A stretch of 64,000 bases of DNA from Candidatus Poseidoniales archaeon (GTDB lineage Archaea > Thermoplasmatota > Poseidoniia > Poseidoniales > Poseidoniaceae): the NCBI GenBank assembly GCA_038146705.1, contig JAYQSB010000001.1, positions 7,166 to 71,165 on the forward strand. Direction: 5' to 3'. The notes under the pieces were generated by a model. It did not search any database. It had not been told where the DNA came from and saw only the letters and a program-made list of their open reading frames with translations. This document shows positions 35,990 to 45,603 of this stretch, piece after piece (the first letter of the stretch is position 1; each line of letters begins with the position of its first letter). A program made the translations under genes and the position numbers.

Positions 35990-36020
35990 GGGTTGTAATT
36001 TGCACCTAACCTATGTTAAA

Positions 36021-36497
36021 TCATCGCCCATCTGATTCATCGTTAGAATTTTTGACTGAACCTTGAAGAATTTTGAGGTGTGCAACCAAAGGTGAAAGCA
36101 ATCGTCCACACTGAATTCCATGACTGCTGAGTTGGTAATGGACTCGAATTGGAGGGCCATCATCGACAATCCTTTCCACAAGGCCTTCACTCATGAGGAA
36201 TTGCAATTTGTCAGACAGCGTTCGTGAGGAAATTCCGGAGAGAAGGACCTTCATTTCATTAAATCTCATCGTTTTTGCAATGTACAGAGTTGAGAGAATT
36301 TCAATTGTCCATCGAGAACCAAAGACATTCAACGCCTCGACAGCAGCTTGAACCTCCCATTCGACAGAGTGTTCAGCCCCTGTTGAATGACTTGCAAGTT
36401 CAGAGCGTATTTCTCTACCATTCTCGACGGTTTGCTTAATGAGTGTCTCAATCTTCTCAAATGATTGTTTTTGCAGAAAGAGAGGGGGCTCTGGCAT
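36021..36497 (-). CDS. HxlR-family transcriptional regulator
   Basis: FGSRWTIEILSTLYIAKTMRFNEMKVLLSGISSRTLSDKLQFLMSEGLVERIVDDGPPIRVHYQLSSHG is the HxlR signature. Confidence 0.85.
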   Translation of the reverse strand: MPEPPLFLQKQSFEKIETLIKQTVENGREIRSELASHSTGAEHSVEWEVQAAVEALNVFGSRWTIEILSTLYIAKTMRFNEMKVLLSGISSRTLSDKLQFLMSEGLVERIVDDGPPIRVHYQLSSHGIQCGRLLSPLVAHLKILQGSVKNSNDESDGR

Positions 36498-36620
36498 AGG
36501 AACATGTTGGCGTCATGTTCGGCTTATATGAGTGCTTTCATTAGTAAAGTAAGTGAAATCAACCCCAAATCGACCAACGATGTGTTTGATTCAAGTAGGA
36601 TAGCCTCTCCATTCTCATCG

Positions 36621-37772
36621 ATGAGCCGTCGCATTATGCTTATTCGCGGAGGTGCGATGAGTCGATTTTCCGGCCTCGGCAAAGGCTATCATGACATGCT
36701 CGAAGTTTTACAGAATGATGAAGTAGCAGGATGGAGACATAGCACCACTTTAGAATACGGATCAACATCTGAAATGTCTAGTGTAGCGAGATTACGACAT
36801 CGATGGTACTCTCACCCAAACCGAGTAAAAAAACAACTCAAAAACCCCATGGCCTCAGATATTGCTCTGATTACCGACCAAGAACAAAGTCACCTTGTAC
36901 CGTTGCATTCAAAAATCCCAGTTGGTATCTATGTGCACGATTTGTTTCATATTTTCCCAACGGTTGAAGATTTCCCAGAAGGGAAGGTAAGTATCGGGCA
37001 ACGTCAACCGAGTTTCATCCGTAAACGCGACCTTAAAAAATTGAAAAAGGGACTATCCCGAGCGGACTTTTTCTTTTGTAATTCTGAGGCTACTCACCGT
37101 TTTTGCCAACAATATTTTCCAAACACGCCAGCTTATGTCATTGCATTCCCTATGAATGTCCAAGAATATCAGTTTGAGGAAACTAAGAACAATTATCCTC
37201 TCCAATTTGATGATTCAAAGTGCAATCTTCTGGTCGTCGGAAGCAACGAACCACGAAAACGATTGAAATTTCTTGTCGAATGCTTGAGAAAAATTGAGTC
37301 AGAGATTCTTCAGGATATCGTCATTCATCACGTTGGGTCAAACATTTGTCCTGAAACTGGTTTTTCCATCGACGAAGAGTCAAAAAATGCTGGCATACAA
37401 TGGTTGTATCATAACGGACCAATCGATGAATCTTCTCTCAACAATATGCGATGGAATTCAGAAGTCTTGCTCTTCCCTTCTGCCGCAGAAGGTTTCGGTT
37501 ATCCTCCCCTTGAGGCCATGATGGCAGGTTTACCGGTCTTGTGCTCAAATTATGCAGCACACAATGAATTCGTACCCGATGAAATGTGCATTGATGGTAA
37601 AGATGTTTCATTGTGGGTCAAGCACATGAAGGATGTGCATCAAATATGGAAGCAACGAGATGGACCACGACAACCTTTACCTTTGGATTCGTCGATCATT
37701 GAACGATTTTCAAAAAACACGTATTGCACAACACTCTCCAATGCTTTGAACGAGGTCCTCAAAAATTCATAG
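36621..37772 (+). CDS. Glycosyltransferase, GT4/GT-B family
   Basis: C-terminal motif LLFPSAAEGFGYPPLEAMMAGLPVLCS. Start set at MSRRIMLIRGG because the ORF-track start 36465 overlaps the divergent HxlR gene. Exact start uncertain. Confidence 0.8.
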   Translation: MSRRIMLIRGGAMSRFSGLGKGYHDMLEVLQNDEVAGWRHSTTLEYGSTSEMSSVARLRHRWYSHPNRVKKQLKNPMASDIALITDQEQSHLVPLHSKIPVGIYVHDLFHIFPTVEDFPEGKVSIGQRQPSFIRKRDLKKLKKGLSRADFFFCNSEATHRFCQQYFPNTPAYVIAFPMNVQEYQFEETKNNYPLQFDDSKCNLLVVGSNEPRKRLKFLVECLRKIESEILQDIVIHHVGSNICPETGFSIDEESKNAGIQWLYHNGPIDESSLNNMRWNSEVLLFPSAAEGFGYPPLEAMMAGLPVLCSNYAAHNEFVPDEMCIDGKDVSLWVKHMKDVHQIWKQRDGPRQPLPLDSSIIERFSKNTYCTTLSNALNEVLKNS

Positions 37773-37810
37773 CCCTCACATTCTTGAAGTCTTTTTCATT
37801 CGGACAACCC

Positions 37811-39871
37811 ATGGAACCGATTCAAAGGGTTGCAATCATTGGTGCAGGAAACATGGGTTCTGGCATCGCACAAAAAACAGCACAAGAGGAATTTGACGTT
37901 GAAATGGTTGACAGAGAATCACAATGGGTTGAACGTGGCCAATCCATCATTTCTGATTTTTTGAACGAAGCGATTGAACGTCGAATCTTCCGACAAGAGC
38001 AGGTTGATGCAATCCAATCGAGAATTCATGGTGTTGTTGGTGTTGAACATACAAATAAAGACACTGATTTGGTTATTGAAGCAGTCTTCGAGGATTTTGA
38101 CATCAAAACTCAAGTGTTTGAAACACTGGATGGCGTATGTTCTCCTCACACAATCCTTGCATCGAATACATCGTCTCTTTCAGTTAATGAACTCGCTCAA
38201 GCAACGGGGCGTCCAGACCGATTTGTAGGCCTGCACTTCTTTTATCATCCAGCAAAAAACAGACTTGTTGAAGTCATACCTGCAAAAAGCACGTCAAAAG
38301 AAACACTCGACAGAGTCGTGCAGTATTGCAAAGGACTTGGCAAAGTTGTCATTACTTGTGCTGACCGTCCTGGTTTTGTTGTGAATCGATTTTTCGTACC
38401 ATGGTTGAATGAAGCTTGTTATCTTCTGGAGGAAGGCGTTGGAACTACAGCACAAATCGACGCAGTCGCTAGGAAAGCATTCCGGATTGGTCTAGGCCCC
38501 TTCGGTCTGATGAATTTAACGGGTCCACCGATCGCATTGCATTCAACCGATTATCTCGCTACTCAGTTGTCAACACCAAGATATACCGGCGCACAGAATT
38601 TGAGAGATTTGGTCGAAGGCCAACACATGTGGGATATTGGGCAGGACGAAACATACTCAGAAGAGCAGTATGCAGCAATCTCCGAACGTCTTCTTGGTGT
38701 TGTCTTTGGTGTTGCTGCACAAATTGTAGACGAAGGTGTTTGTTCAATTGAAGACGTTGACAGAGGTGCGAAGGTTGGACTTCGTTGGGCTCTTGGTCCA
38801 TTTGAACTGATGAATCGTCTTGGTGTTCAGCGTTCTCTTGATATGGCACATGCATATGGAAATGTAGCTAAACAGGGTTGGGTTGTACCCCAATTCTTCA
38901 TCGACCAAGGAGACCAACCTTGGCCGTTTACCTTTGTCGATACGACAATTGAAGGAGGAATTGCTACGCTCACCATCAATCGACCGGAAGCAATGAATGC
39001 TCTCAATGTTCAAGTGGTCGACCAACTTATGGAACAATTCAATGCAGTAGAATCCAATCCAGAGGTCCACACAGTTGTCCTTGATGGAGCAGGGAAGGCC
39101 TTTATTGCTGGTGCTGATGTCAAATTCTTCGTTGACAAAATTCGTTCAGATGATTTCCAAGACATTTACGATTTTACCGCAAATGGACACGATGTTCTCA
39201 ATGCCTTTGAAAACTCCGAGAAAACAACAATTGCTCTCACAACAGGACTCGCTCTTGGAGGGGGGCTTGAACTTGCCATGGCATGTGATTACAGAATTGG
39301 CACTCGAAAAACCCAATTTAGATTCCCTGAAACGAGCATTGGAATTTACCCCGGCTTAGGTGGCACTCAACGTCCAGCACGCTTGTGTGGCAAAGCAGTC
39401 GCAAGATGGGCTGTGCTCGCAGGTAATTTCATGGATGCACAAACAGCGTACGATGTGGGATTACTCACACATCTCGTCGAGGTTTCAGATGTCAGTTCTT
39501 GCATCAAATCGATTCAAGGGAAGCCAGAATCAAAGTATCAAGGAAAACCGAATAACCCCGAATCCAGAGTTGTTCAGTTTGCACAGTCCTTCTATTCGGA
39601 TGAAAATATGGAATCCTTGCTCAACCATCAATGCCCTGAAGGTTTTGATGAAGCCGATAAAATTGTGACAAGGCAGATGAAATCATTGAAGTTCACTGCT
39701 CCGGTTGGCCTAAAAATGGCCCACGATCTCATCAATACTTCATCATCCCCTTTACACGAAGGACTCGCTTCTGAATTGAATGGACTTGAGAAAATATTCT
39801 CGACCAACGATGCGTTGGAAGGCTTATCTGCTTTGATTGAGGGACGAAAGCCAACATATGTTGGCAACTGA
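37811..39871 (+). CDS. Bifunctional 3-hydroxyacyl-CoA dehydrogenase (N-terminal) / enoyl-CoA hydratase (C-terminal)
   Basis: VAIIGAGNMGSGIAQ Rossmann motif plus a HCDH C-terminal domain, followed by crotonase motifs INRPEAMNALN and GAGKAFIAGADV. This dehydrogenase-first order is, as I recall, the one described for archaeal fusions. Start at the MEPIQRV ATG, 37811. Confidence 0.88.
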   Translation: MEPIQRVAIIGAGNMGSGIAQKTAQEEFDVEMVDRESQWVERGQSIISDFLNEAIERRIFRQEQVDAIQSRIHGVVGVEHTNKDTDLVIEAVFEDFDIKTQVFETLDGVCSPHTILASNTSSLSVNELAQATGRPDRFVGLHFFYHPAKNRLVEVIPAKSTSKETLDRVVQYCKGLGKVVITCADRPGFVVNRFFVPWLNEACYLLEEGVGTTAQIDAVARKAFRIGLGPFGLMNLTGPPIALHSTDYLATQLSTPRYTGAQNLRDLVEGQHMWDIGQDETYSEEQYAAISERLLGVVFGVAAQIVDEGVCSIEDVDRGAKVGLRWALGPFELMNRLGVQRSLDMAHAYGNVAKQGWVVPQFFIDQGDQPWPFTFVDTTIEGGIATLTINRPEAMNALNVQVVDQLMEQFNAVESNPEVHTVVLDGAGKAFIAGADVKFFVDKIRSDDFQDIYDFTANGHDVLNAFENSEKTTIALTTGLALGGGLELAMACDYRIGTRKTQFRFPETSIGIYPGLGGTQRPARLCGKAVARWAVLAGNFMDAQTAYDVGLLTHLVEVSDVSSCIKSIQGKPESKYQGKPNNPESRVVQFAQSFYSDENMESLLNHQCPEGFDEADKIVTRQMKSLKFTAPVGLKMAHDLINTSSSPLHEGLASELNGLEKIFSTNDALEGLSALIEGRKPTYVGN

Positions 39872-40414
39872 GTCTTGTTGCTCAAAAACAATTTTTCGAG
39901 TATCATACCATCCGCTCCACGGTTCAGTTTCCTCTTCAGACCAATACTGAAGAGGGGCCTGGTTTGAAATAGATTTTTCATGCTCGACTTCTAACAATGA
40001 CGAGTTTTGTGTGGATTTGATGCCTTGTTTCCCGAGCACATATGCATGTTGGAGCAACAATGTAGAGAATGCTAAACTGTTTTTATCTGTCGTACTCCAA
40101 TATGTGTCCATTCTTGGATGGGTGTGAACCCATAACTTGAATGGAATTTTTGCTCCCACGGGTTGTCGTAAATGCACACTTCCAGGAAGGCCCCAATCGA
40201 TGAAGACTCGGTCATTAGCATCGATGAGTACTGAGGTCTCAAGGCAGGCAAAATATGACAGAATGTAAACGCAATCCCATCGGTCATGTAGAGCACAGCA
40301 TTCCTGCACAGCGAGTAAAATTTCATCTTCGACATTTTTTTCTGTAGCTTGTTCCAAAGCATACATCCAATCTATGTCACGGATGCCAATCTCGACGAGT
40401 CCTGGAGGAATCAT
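39824..40414 (-). CDS. JAB/MPN (JAMM) metalloprotease-like protein
   Basis: HTHPRMDTYWSTTD fits H-x-H-x7-S-x2-D, with an upstream Glu in LLAVQE. The start overlaps the E1-like stop (ATGA). The 3' end overlaps the convergent HCDH/ECH gene by 48 nt. Confidence 0.75.
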   Translation of the reverse strand: MIPPGLVEIGIRDIDWMYALEQATEKNVEDEILLAVQECCALHDRWDCVYILSYFACLETSVLIDANDRVFIDWGLPGSVHLRQPVGAKIPFKLWVHTHPRMDTYWSTTDKNSLAFSTLLLQHAYVLGKQGIKSTQNSSLLEVEHEKSISNQAPLQYWSEEETEPWSGWYDTRKIVFEQQDSVANICWLSSLNQSR

Positions 40415-41073
40415 TGGCTCACCACTGGGAATTGAAAGGAACCTGAAGTGATGCTTCCCATGCTTTCATGAGGTCCTGAACATCCACGTAAATGTTGAAG
40501 AGCCCACTGAGAACCATAAGCTGCAGAAATAAGAAAACCGAATTCGATATTTCCAATATCGAGTGCACCTTCGAGTTGACAACTTTTTGGTGGGTGGTCT
40601 GGCGTCATTGCTTCAACCAATTTTTTGTCAGTTTGGTAGGTGAGAACCATGAATCCGTCGCCGCTGCATCGTAAATCAATCCATGGGACATCTTGTTGAT
40701 GGACTATACGACGTGGTTCAGGGCGATCAACGGCAACGATGATAAAATCATACCCAATCAATTGTTCTTCATCAATCAAATCATCTTCAATGCCGATCAC
40801 GTTGACCTGTGAACCCTCATCGTTGTATCTCTCTTGAAGAATGCTGACTTTGGTTTGACCCACATCTGTTGTTTGAAATCGTTGATGGCCAAGATTGGTT
40901 GATGAGACGATATCACCATCCATGACATGGATATTGCATGGAATTTGTAGAGCATGACAAGCCCTGTACAATGCATCGACAACATTACTCCCTATACCTC
41001 CACATCCAACAATGAGAACACTCCTTTTCAGCACCATACAGGTGTTGTTGTTCCAGTGGATATAAACCATCAC
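40411..41073 (-). CDS. ThiF/MoeB/E1-like adenylyltransferase (minimal, 220 aa)
   Basis: VLIVGCGGIGSNVVDAL, DGDIVSSTNLGHQRF, DVGQTKV and AVDRPEPRR motifs of the E1-like Rossmann superfamily. No CxxC pairs. Confidence 0.8.
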   Translation of the reverse strand: MMVYIHWNNNTCMVLKRSVLIVGCGGIGSNVVDALYRACHALQIPCNIHVMDGDIVSSTNLGHQRFQTTDVGQTKVSILQERYNDEGSQVNVIGIEDDLIDEEQLIGYDFIIVAVDRPEPRRIVHQQDVPWIDLRCSGDGFMVLTYQTDKKLVEAMTPDHPPKSCQLEGALDIGNIEFGFLISAAYGSQWALQHLRGCSGPHESMGSITSGSFQFPVVSQ

Positions 41074-42377
41074 GATTGTAGTTGCTCATTCAACAATCTC
41101 GAAAGTTGTATGGCTTCATGGTCGAGTGAAAAATGAGCATCGACAAATGCCCGACCAGATTTCAAACAATGTTCTCTATGTTCAATCGTTTGAGCACGTT
41201 CAAGTCCAGCATGCCAACTTTCCACATCGTTTCTTTCGAACAAGAATGACTCGTCAAGCATACTCATCGTTTCTACAAAGCCACCATCGCGAACCATGAC
41301 AGGTGGAACTCCAATTGACAGCGCTTCGATTGGGGTGAGCCCAAAGGGCTCGCCGTGCGCATGCGATATCACAGCAATTGACTCACGAACGACCCCACAA
41401 ATCTGCTGTTGAGTCAATCGTGGCATACAAGACACCTCCACACCAATTGTTTTTGCGAAATGCGTCAATTCCTCTTGATCAGATTCATTTCCGCCTCCAA
41501 TGTGCACGAGGGCGATATTGGTATTCTCTAACATGGCCACACTCTCCATCGTTCCTTTCACAAAGGATATTTTGCCAATTGTCACAACATATTTCTCAGG
41601 TAAATTCAATTTCGCCGTAACCATTTGTTCATCACTTGATGATTCAATTGGCCATTTTTCAAGGTCAATTGCGTGGTGTAGAATGGTGCTTTGAAGTGGT
41701 CTTTTCTGCCCGTCTCTTTGGGGAGGTAGCCCATTTTCTTTCGTGCATGGTTGAGCAAATTTGTAGATACTTGTTAATCGATTTGCTGTGAATTGTGAAT
41801 TGCCTGAGAGCGTCGAATTTGGCCGAGCAAGCAACATTCGGACAAATCGTTGATCATCTTTTCTCTGTTTTCTAAAAGCTAGATTTGTGATGAGTGAAGG
41901 ACGCTTCATTGAACCATCAATCCTTCGATGGAGGACATCTTCATACAACCAACGCGGCGGTTCAAGGCAATGATAGTGAACAGGAATGTGAGCAGGTACA
42001 CAAGGTAAAATTTCGAGTGTGCCTCGACAGACTGAGAGGTGAACGACATCGATAGACCCCCAGGGGATATCCATATGTTTCCATAATTGAACAGCCTGTT
42101 TCGAAGCAACATTCCTCACTTCTGAAATTGTATTGAGTCGGGGATTGTATGTGGTTTTGCTTTTGTACACATCCACAGTTGTTGTCTCCAGAAGTTGCTG
42201 GGCGTCCTCGGGAAATGATAAGGTCGCAAGAGAGACCTTCCAGTGATTCTCTAGTTTTGGAATGAGTTGCAGAAGCTCTCTCTCTGCCCCTCCAAGCGTT
42301 GCAAACGAACCACGAACGACTAGAACATGTCGTTGGGATTCACTTCCATTGCCCATGTTTTGCGGTAGAAGGTTCAA
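41070..42377 (-). CDS. Glycosyltransferase, GT4/GT-B family
   Basis: N-terminal GSFATLGGAERELL and C-terminal HGEPFGLTPIEALSIGVPPVMVRDGG motifs. Stop lies inside the GTGATG start region of the E1-like gene. Confidence 0.85.
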   Translation of the reverse strand: MNLLPQNMGNGSESQRHVLVVRGSFATLGGAERELLQLIPKLENHWKVSLATLSFPEDAQQLLETTTVDVYKSKTTYNPRLNTISEVRNVASKQAVQLWKHMDIPWGSIDVVHLSVCRGTLEILPCVPAHIPVHYHCLEPPRWLYEDVLHRRIDGSMKRPSLITNLAFRKQRKDDQRFVRMLLARPNSTLSGNSQFTANRLTSIYKFAQPCTKENGLPPQRDGQKRPLQSTILHHAIDLEKWPIESSSDEQMVTAKLNLPEKYVVTIGKISFVKGTMESVAMLENTNIALVHIGGGNESDQEELTHFAKTIGVEVSCMPRLTQQQICGVVRESIAVISHAHGEPFGLTPIEALSIGVPPVMVRDGGFVETMSMLDESFLFERNDVESWHAGLERAQTIEHREHCLKSGRAFVDAHFSLDHEAIQLSRLLNEQLQS

Positions 42378-42474
42378 CCTTTCAAATCAACCTCTCATTT
42401 TCCCCCTTCCCAACAATTCATGTGGTGACGATTCGAACCACCGAATTCAAAAAAGAATAGCGGGTGGGAGAGGT

Positions 42475-43539
42475 ATGTCCGCTAAGAAAGCCATCATTAC
42501 CGGCATTACCGGTCAAGATGGTTCGTATCTTGCAGAGCTTCTGCTCGAGAAAGGATACATCGTTTACGGCCTTGTCCGTCGAGTTTCGCAACCAACCAGT
42601 GGTCGCAGCCTCATCAATCACTTGATTGAAGACGAAAAGTTTCACTTGTTTAATGGCGACCTCGCTGACCAAAACTCCATTGATAATGCGGTGAAAGAAA
42701 TACAACCAGATGAATTTTACAACTTGGGTGCAATGTCCTTTGTTCCTGAATCTTGGCGTTCACCGATGATGACAGCTGATATCACCGGATTAGGTGCATT
42801 ACGATGTCTTGAGGCTATTCGAAAGAATGCTCCTGAATGCCGTTTTTACCAAGCAGGCTCATCCGAGCAATTCGGCAAAGTTCACGAAGTACCACAAACA
42901 GAGGCAACTCCATTCCATCCTCGTTCACCGTACGGATGTGCCAAAGTTTTCGCCTTTGAAATAACACGAAATTATCGCGAGTCATACAACATGTTTGCTT
43001 GCACTGGTATTTTGTTTAACCACGAGAGCCCACGTCGAGGCCTTGAATTTGTGACAAGAAAAGTAACGATGACCGCTGCTCGAATTGCAAAAGGTATCGA
43101 TGAATTCCTCATGATTGGCAATGTTGATGCAAAACGTGATTGGGGTTATGCTGGAGATTATGTTGAGATGCAGTGGAGAATGTTGCAACAGGACGAACCA
43201 GGAGATTTTGTTGTCGCAACAGGTCGAACGCATAGTGTACGTGACATGATTACACTCGCATTCAGCCATGTTGGGCTTGAACTTGTTTGGTCTGGCGAGG
43301 GAGTTCAAACGATTGCAACCGACCAAAACGGCGTCGTTCGAGTGAAAACAAATCCGAAATTTTTCCGCCCTGCAGAGGTAGACCTTCTCATCGGTGACCC
43401 TGCTCTTGCCCAAGAAAAGCTCAACTGGGTACCCCAAACTTCGTTCGAGGAACTGATTCAAATGATGGTCGAGTCTGACATGAACATCGTGCAAGAGGCT
43501 ATTGATGGTGGCTATGCACCTCCAACACCTCCTGAGTGA
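42475..43539 (+). CDS. gmd: GDP-mannose 4,6-dehydratase
   Basis: KKAIITGITGQDGSYLAELLLEKGYIVYGLVRR, SPYGCAKV and LFNHESPRRG motifs. ATG at 42475 is preceded by GGGTGGGAGAGG. The ORF-track start 42262 overlaps the divergent GT. Confidence 0.93.
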   Translation: MSAKKAIITGITGQDGSYLAELLLEKGYIVYGLVRRVSQPTSGRSLINHLIEDEKFHLFNGDLADQNSIDNAVKEIQPDEFYNLGAMSFVPESWRSPMMTADITGLGALRCLEAIRKNAPECRFYQAGSSEQFGKVHEVPQTEATPFHPRSPYGCAKVFAFEITRNYRESYNMFACTGILFNHESPRRGLEFVTRKVTMTAARIAKGIDEFLMIGNVDAKRDWGYAGDYVEMQWRMLQQDEPGDFVVATGRTHSVRDMITLAFSHVGLELVWSGEGVQTIATDQNGVVRVKTNPKFFRPAEVDLLIGDPALAQEKLNWVPQTSFEELIQMMVESDMNIVQEAIDGGYAPPTPPE

Positions 43540-43545
43540 GCCGAT

Positions 43546-44175
43546 TTGATGCATACTCAAACCGAAGACCCATCACTACCAATCCTCTACTCATTCCGAA
43601 GATGTCCCTATGCAATGAGGGCGAGAATGGCATTGTATCAAGCGAATATTGACTGGAATCACCGAGAAGTTCTCCTACGGGATTTACCATCATCCTTGCT
43701 CGAATATTCTCCAAAAGGGACTGTACCAGTTCTCGTTCTTCCTAGTGGAGAGGTGATCGATGAAAGTCATGACATCATGCTTTGGGCACTTTCACACAAT
43801 GACCCAGAACATTGGCTTGCAGAACAACAACAAGAATGGATTGTTCGATTTGAAGACGAATTCAAAGGTGAACTTGACCGTTACAAATATCCGAATCGCT
43901 ACGATGATGTCGACCCTTATTTTCATCGTGAACGTGCCTTGACATTTTTATTGGACTTTGATAATTCACTTTCATCTCGTCAATCGACGCAACTCGTTGA
44001 TATTGCTGTATTCCCATTTGTTCGTCAATTTGCAAATCATGACCGCACTTGGTTCGATGCATTACCATTCGTTACTTTGCACGGGTGGCTAAAGCATCAT
44101 TTGGAGTCTGTTTTATTTCAAAGCGTGATGGTCAAGCACAAGGTATGGGTTCAACCAACTCAAAGCACGAACTGA
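43546..44175 (+). CDS. Glutathione S-transferase-like (thioredoxin-fold N-domain) protein
   Basis: LYSFRRCPYAMRARMAL ... GTVPVLVLPSGEVIDESHDIMLWA is typical of the GST N-terminal domain. Confidence 0.65.
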   Translation: MMHTQTEDPSLPILYSFRRCPYAMRARMALYQANIDWNHREVLLRDLPSSLLEYSPKGTVPVLVLPSGEVIDESHDIMLWALSHNDPEHWLAEQQQEWIVRFEDEFKGELDRYKYPNRYDDVDPYFHRERALTFLLDFDNSLSSRQSTQLVDIAVFPFVRQFANHDRTWFDALPFVTLHGWLKHHLESVLFQSVMVKHKVWVQPTQSTN

Positions 44176-44191
44176 TTAGAGTTCTCTTCAA

Positions 44192-45487
44192 TCAGTCGCT
44201 ACCAACATCGAATTGCGTAAGAATACGTTGTAGTTCATCTTGAGCATTTTCAAGGTACTTTCGTTCTTTCTTCGAAATATCTTGATTGAGGAGGCGGTTC
44301 GAGATATAATCGAGGTCTTCCTTTGCAGCATCTCGCTCTGCTAACATCTCTCGGTTTTCCTTTGCCATCTTCATTCGTGCAATTCGTATGCGTGCCATCT
44401 TTGCTTGTGAGTTGACATCCGGTGCTTTTGCTTCACTGAGCTCAACTGACGTTGGGAATGCAATGCCGATGCCTTCACGCTCAAAGTAGGAGTCAATGTT
44501 TTGTAGCAACCAATCACGTGCAAGGAATTCATCGCTATAGTCCTCAACCCACCCATACATTCTGAAGACCTTGGCATATTCACCAAGTTCGTTGAGAAGA
44601 ACACGAGGTTCGGGAATTTTGAGCAAGAGCGGGCAAGCACGCATGAGTTCGAGGATAACGAATTTCACATGGTCAATGTCCTCGTCATATTCAACACCAA
44701 TGTCAAGGACGAGTGAGATACGTCGGCCTACACCATCTCCACCGCCACGAGCGTGATTGATGATAGTTGAATTGACAAGACTGTTGTTTGGAATAACAAC
44801 GAGATTCTCTTCTCTAGTGAGTATTTTTGTTGACAAGATACCAACGGATGCAATCGCACCAAGATGCCCCTCAACTTCAACTCTGTCGCCGACCTCAAAT
44901 GGTTGGTCGAGTGCAAGCATAAACGAGTTCACGATGTTCCCAAGCGTTTGCTGCATGGCAAGACCGATGATCAATGAAAAAACGGCCAATGATGCGACGA
45001 TACCAAAGAGTTCGAGGTTCAGTTCATTGGACACAAAGTAAATTCCAAGGCCCCAAATTGTTGCCCTTGAAACGAAAACGAGGAGTGAATTGCTTCCTGA
45101 TACTTTCACGGTTGAGGGATTTGCATATCTGTCGAGAATTGCAGGTAAGATGACCTTGAAGCCGACACTTGCAAGCGAAGCAGCAAGCAGTATGTACGCA
45201 GAGGAAATGTAAGGCATGAGTGAACCGAGCAATTCATCCCCATCACCGTAAATCCAAATCATCGTAAAGTGGAAAGAAACCACGATGAGGAAAATGTTCA
45301 GTCGCTTTCGTGTTGGCCAGTACAGCACATCATCCCATTGAGCCTTGGTTTTTTGGATTGCAGTAAGAACATACTTTCGCATAAAAAAGTTGGAGGTCAT
45401 CAAAATGAACAGAGCGGTTAACGCCGCAATACCCCATTTAAACAGGTCATCGAGGTTGTTGAGCGTTTCCAAATATTCGTCGATCAT
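44192..45487 (-). CDS. Mechanosensitive ion channel, MscS family
   Basis: LGNIVNSFMLALDQPFEVGDRVEVEGHLGAIASVGILSTKILTREENLVVIPNNSLVNSTIINHAR. Start taken at the ATG (MIDEYLE); an upstream in-frame TTG at 45505 is an alternative. Confidence 0.88.
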   Translation of the reverse strand: MIDEYLETLNNLDDLFKWGIAALTALFILMTSNFFMRKYVLTAIQKTKAQWDDVLYWPTRKRLNIFLIVVSFHFTMIWIYGDGDELLGSLMPYISSAYILLAASLASVGFKVILPAILDRYANPSTVKVSGSNSLLVFVSRATIWGLGIYFVSNELNLELFGIVASLAVFSLIIGLAMQQTLGNIVNSFMLALDQPFEVGDRVEVEGHLGAIASVGILSTKILTREENLVVIPNNSLVNSTIINHARGGGDGVGRRISLVLDIGVEYDEDIDHVKFVILELMRACPLLLKIPEPRVLLNELGEYAKVFRMYGWVEDYSDEFLARDWLLQNIDSYFEREGIGIAFPTSVELSEAKAPDVNSQAKMARIRIARMKMAKENREMLAERDAAKEDLDYISNRLLNQDISKKERKYLENAQDELQRILTQFDVGSD

Positions 45488-45603
45488 AAGTTCCCCTACT
45501 CTCAACCCAATTGTTCCCTTTCTTGAATATTTGGCCGATATACCATCTCAAGCACTCAGCATTCCAAACATGAATTCAAAAAGCCATCTGATTCCCTTAT
45601 CTT

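Noticed and set aside
42421-42450. GGTTCGAATC-like tRNA T-loop sequence (minus strand) in the GT/gmd divergent spacer.
   Set aside because: The flanking bases do not form a 5-bp T-stem or an acceptor stem. The 97-nt spacer cannot hold a tRNA plus two promoters. Most likely coincidental.
42982-43560. 192-aa antisense ORF inside gmd.
   Set aside because: gmd is unambiguous on the plus strand, and the antisense frame has no recognisable features.
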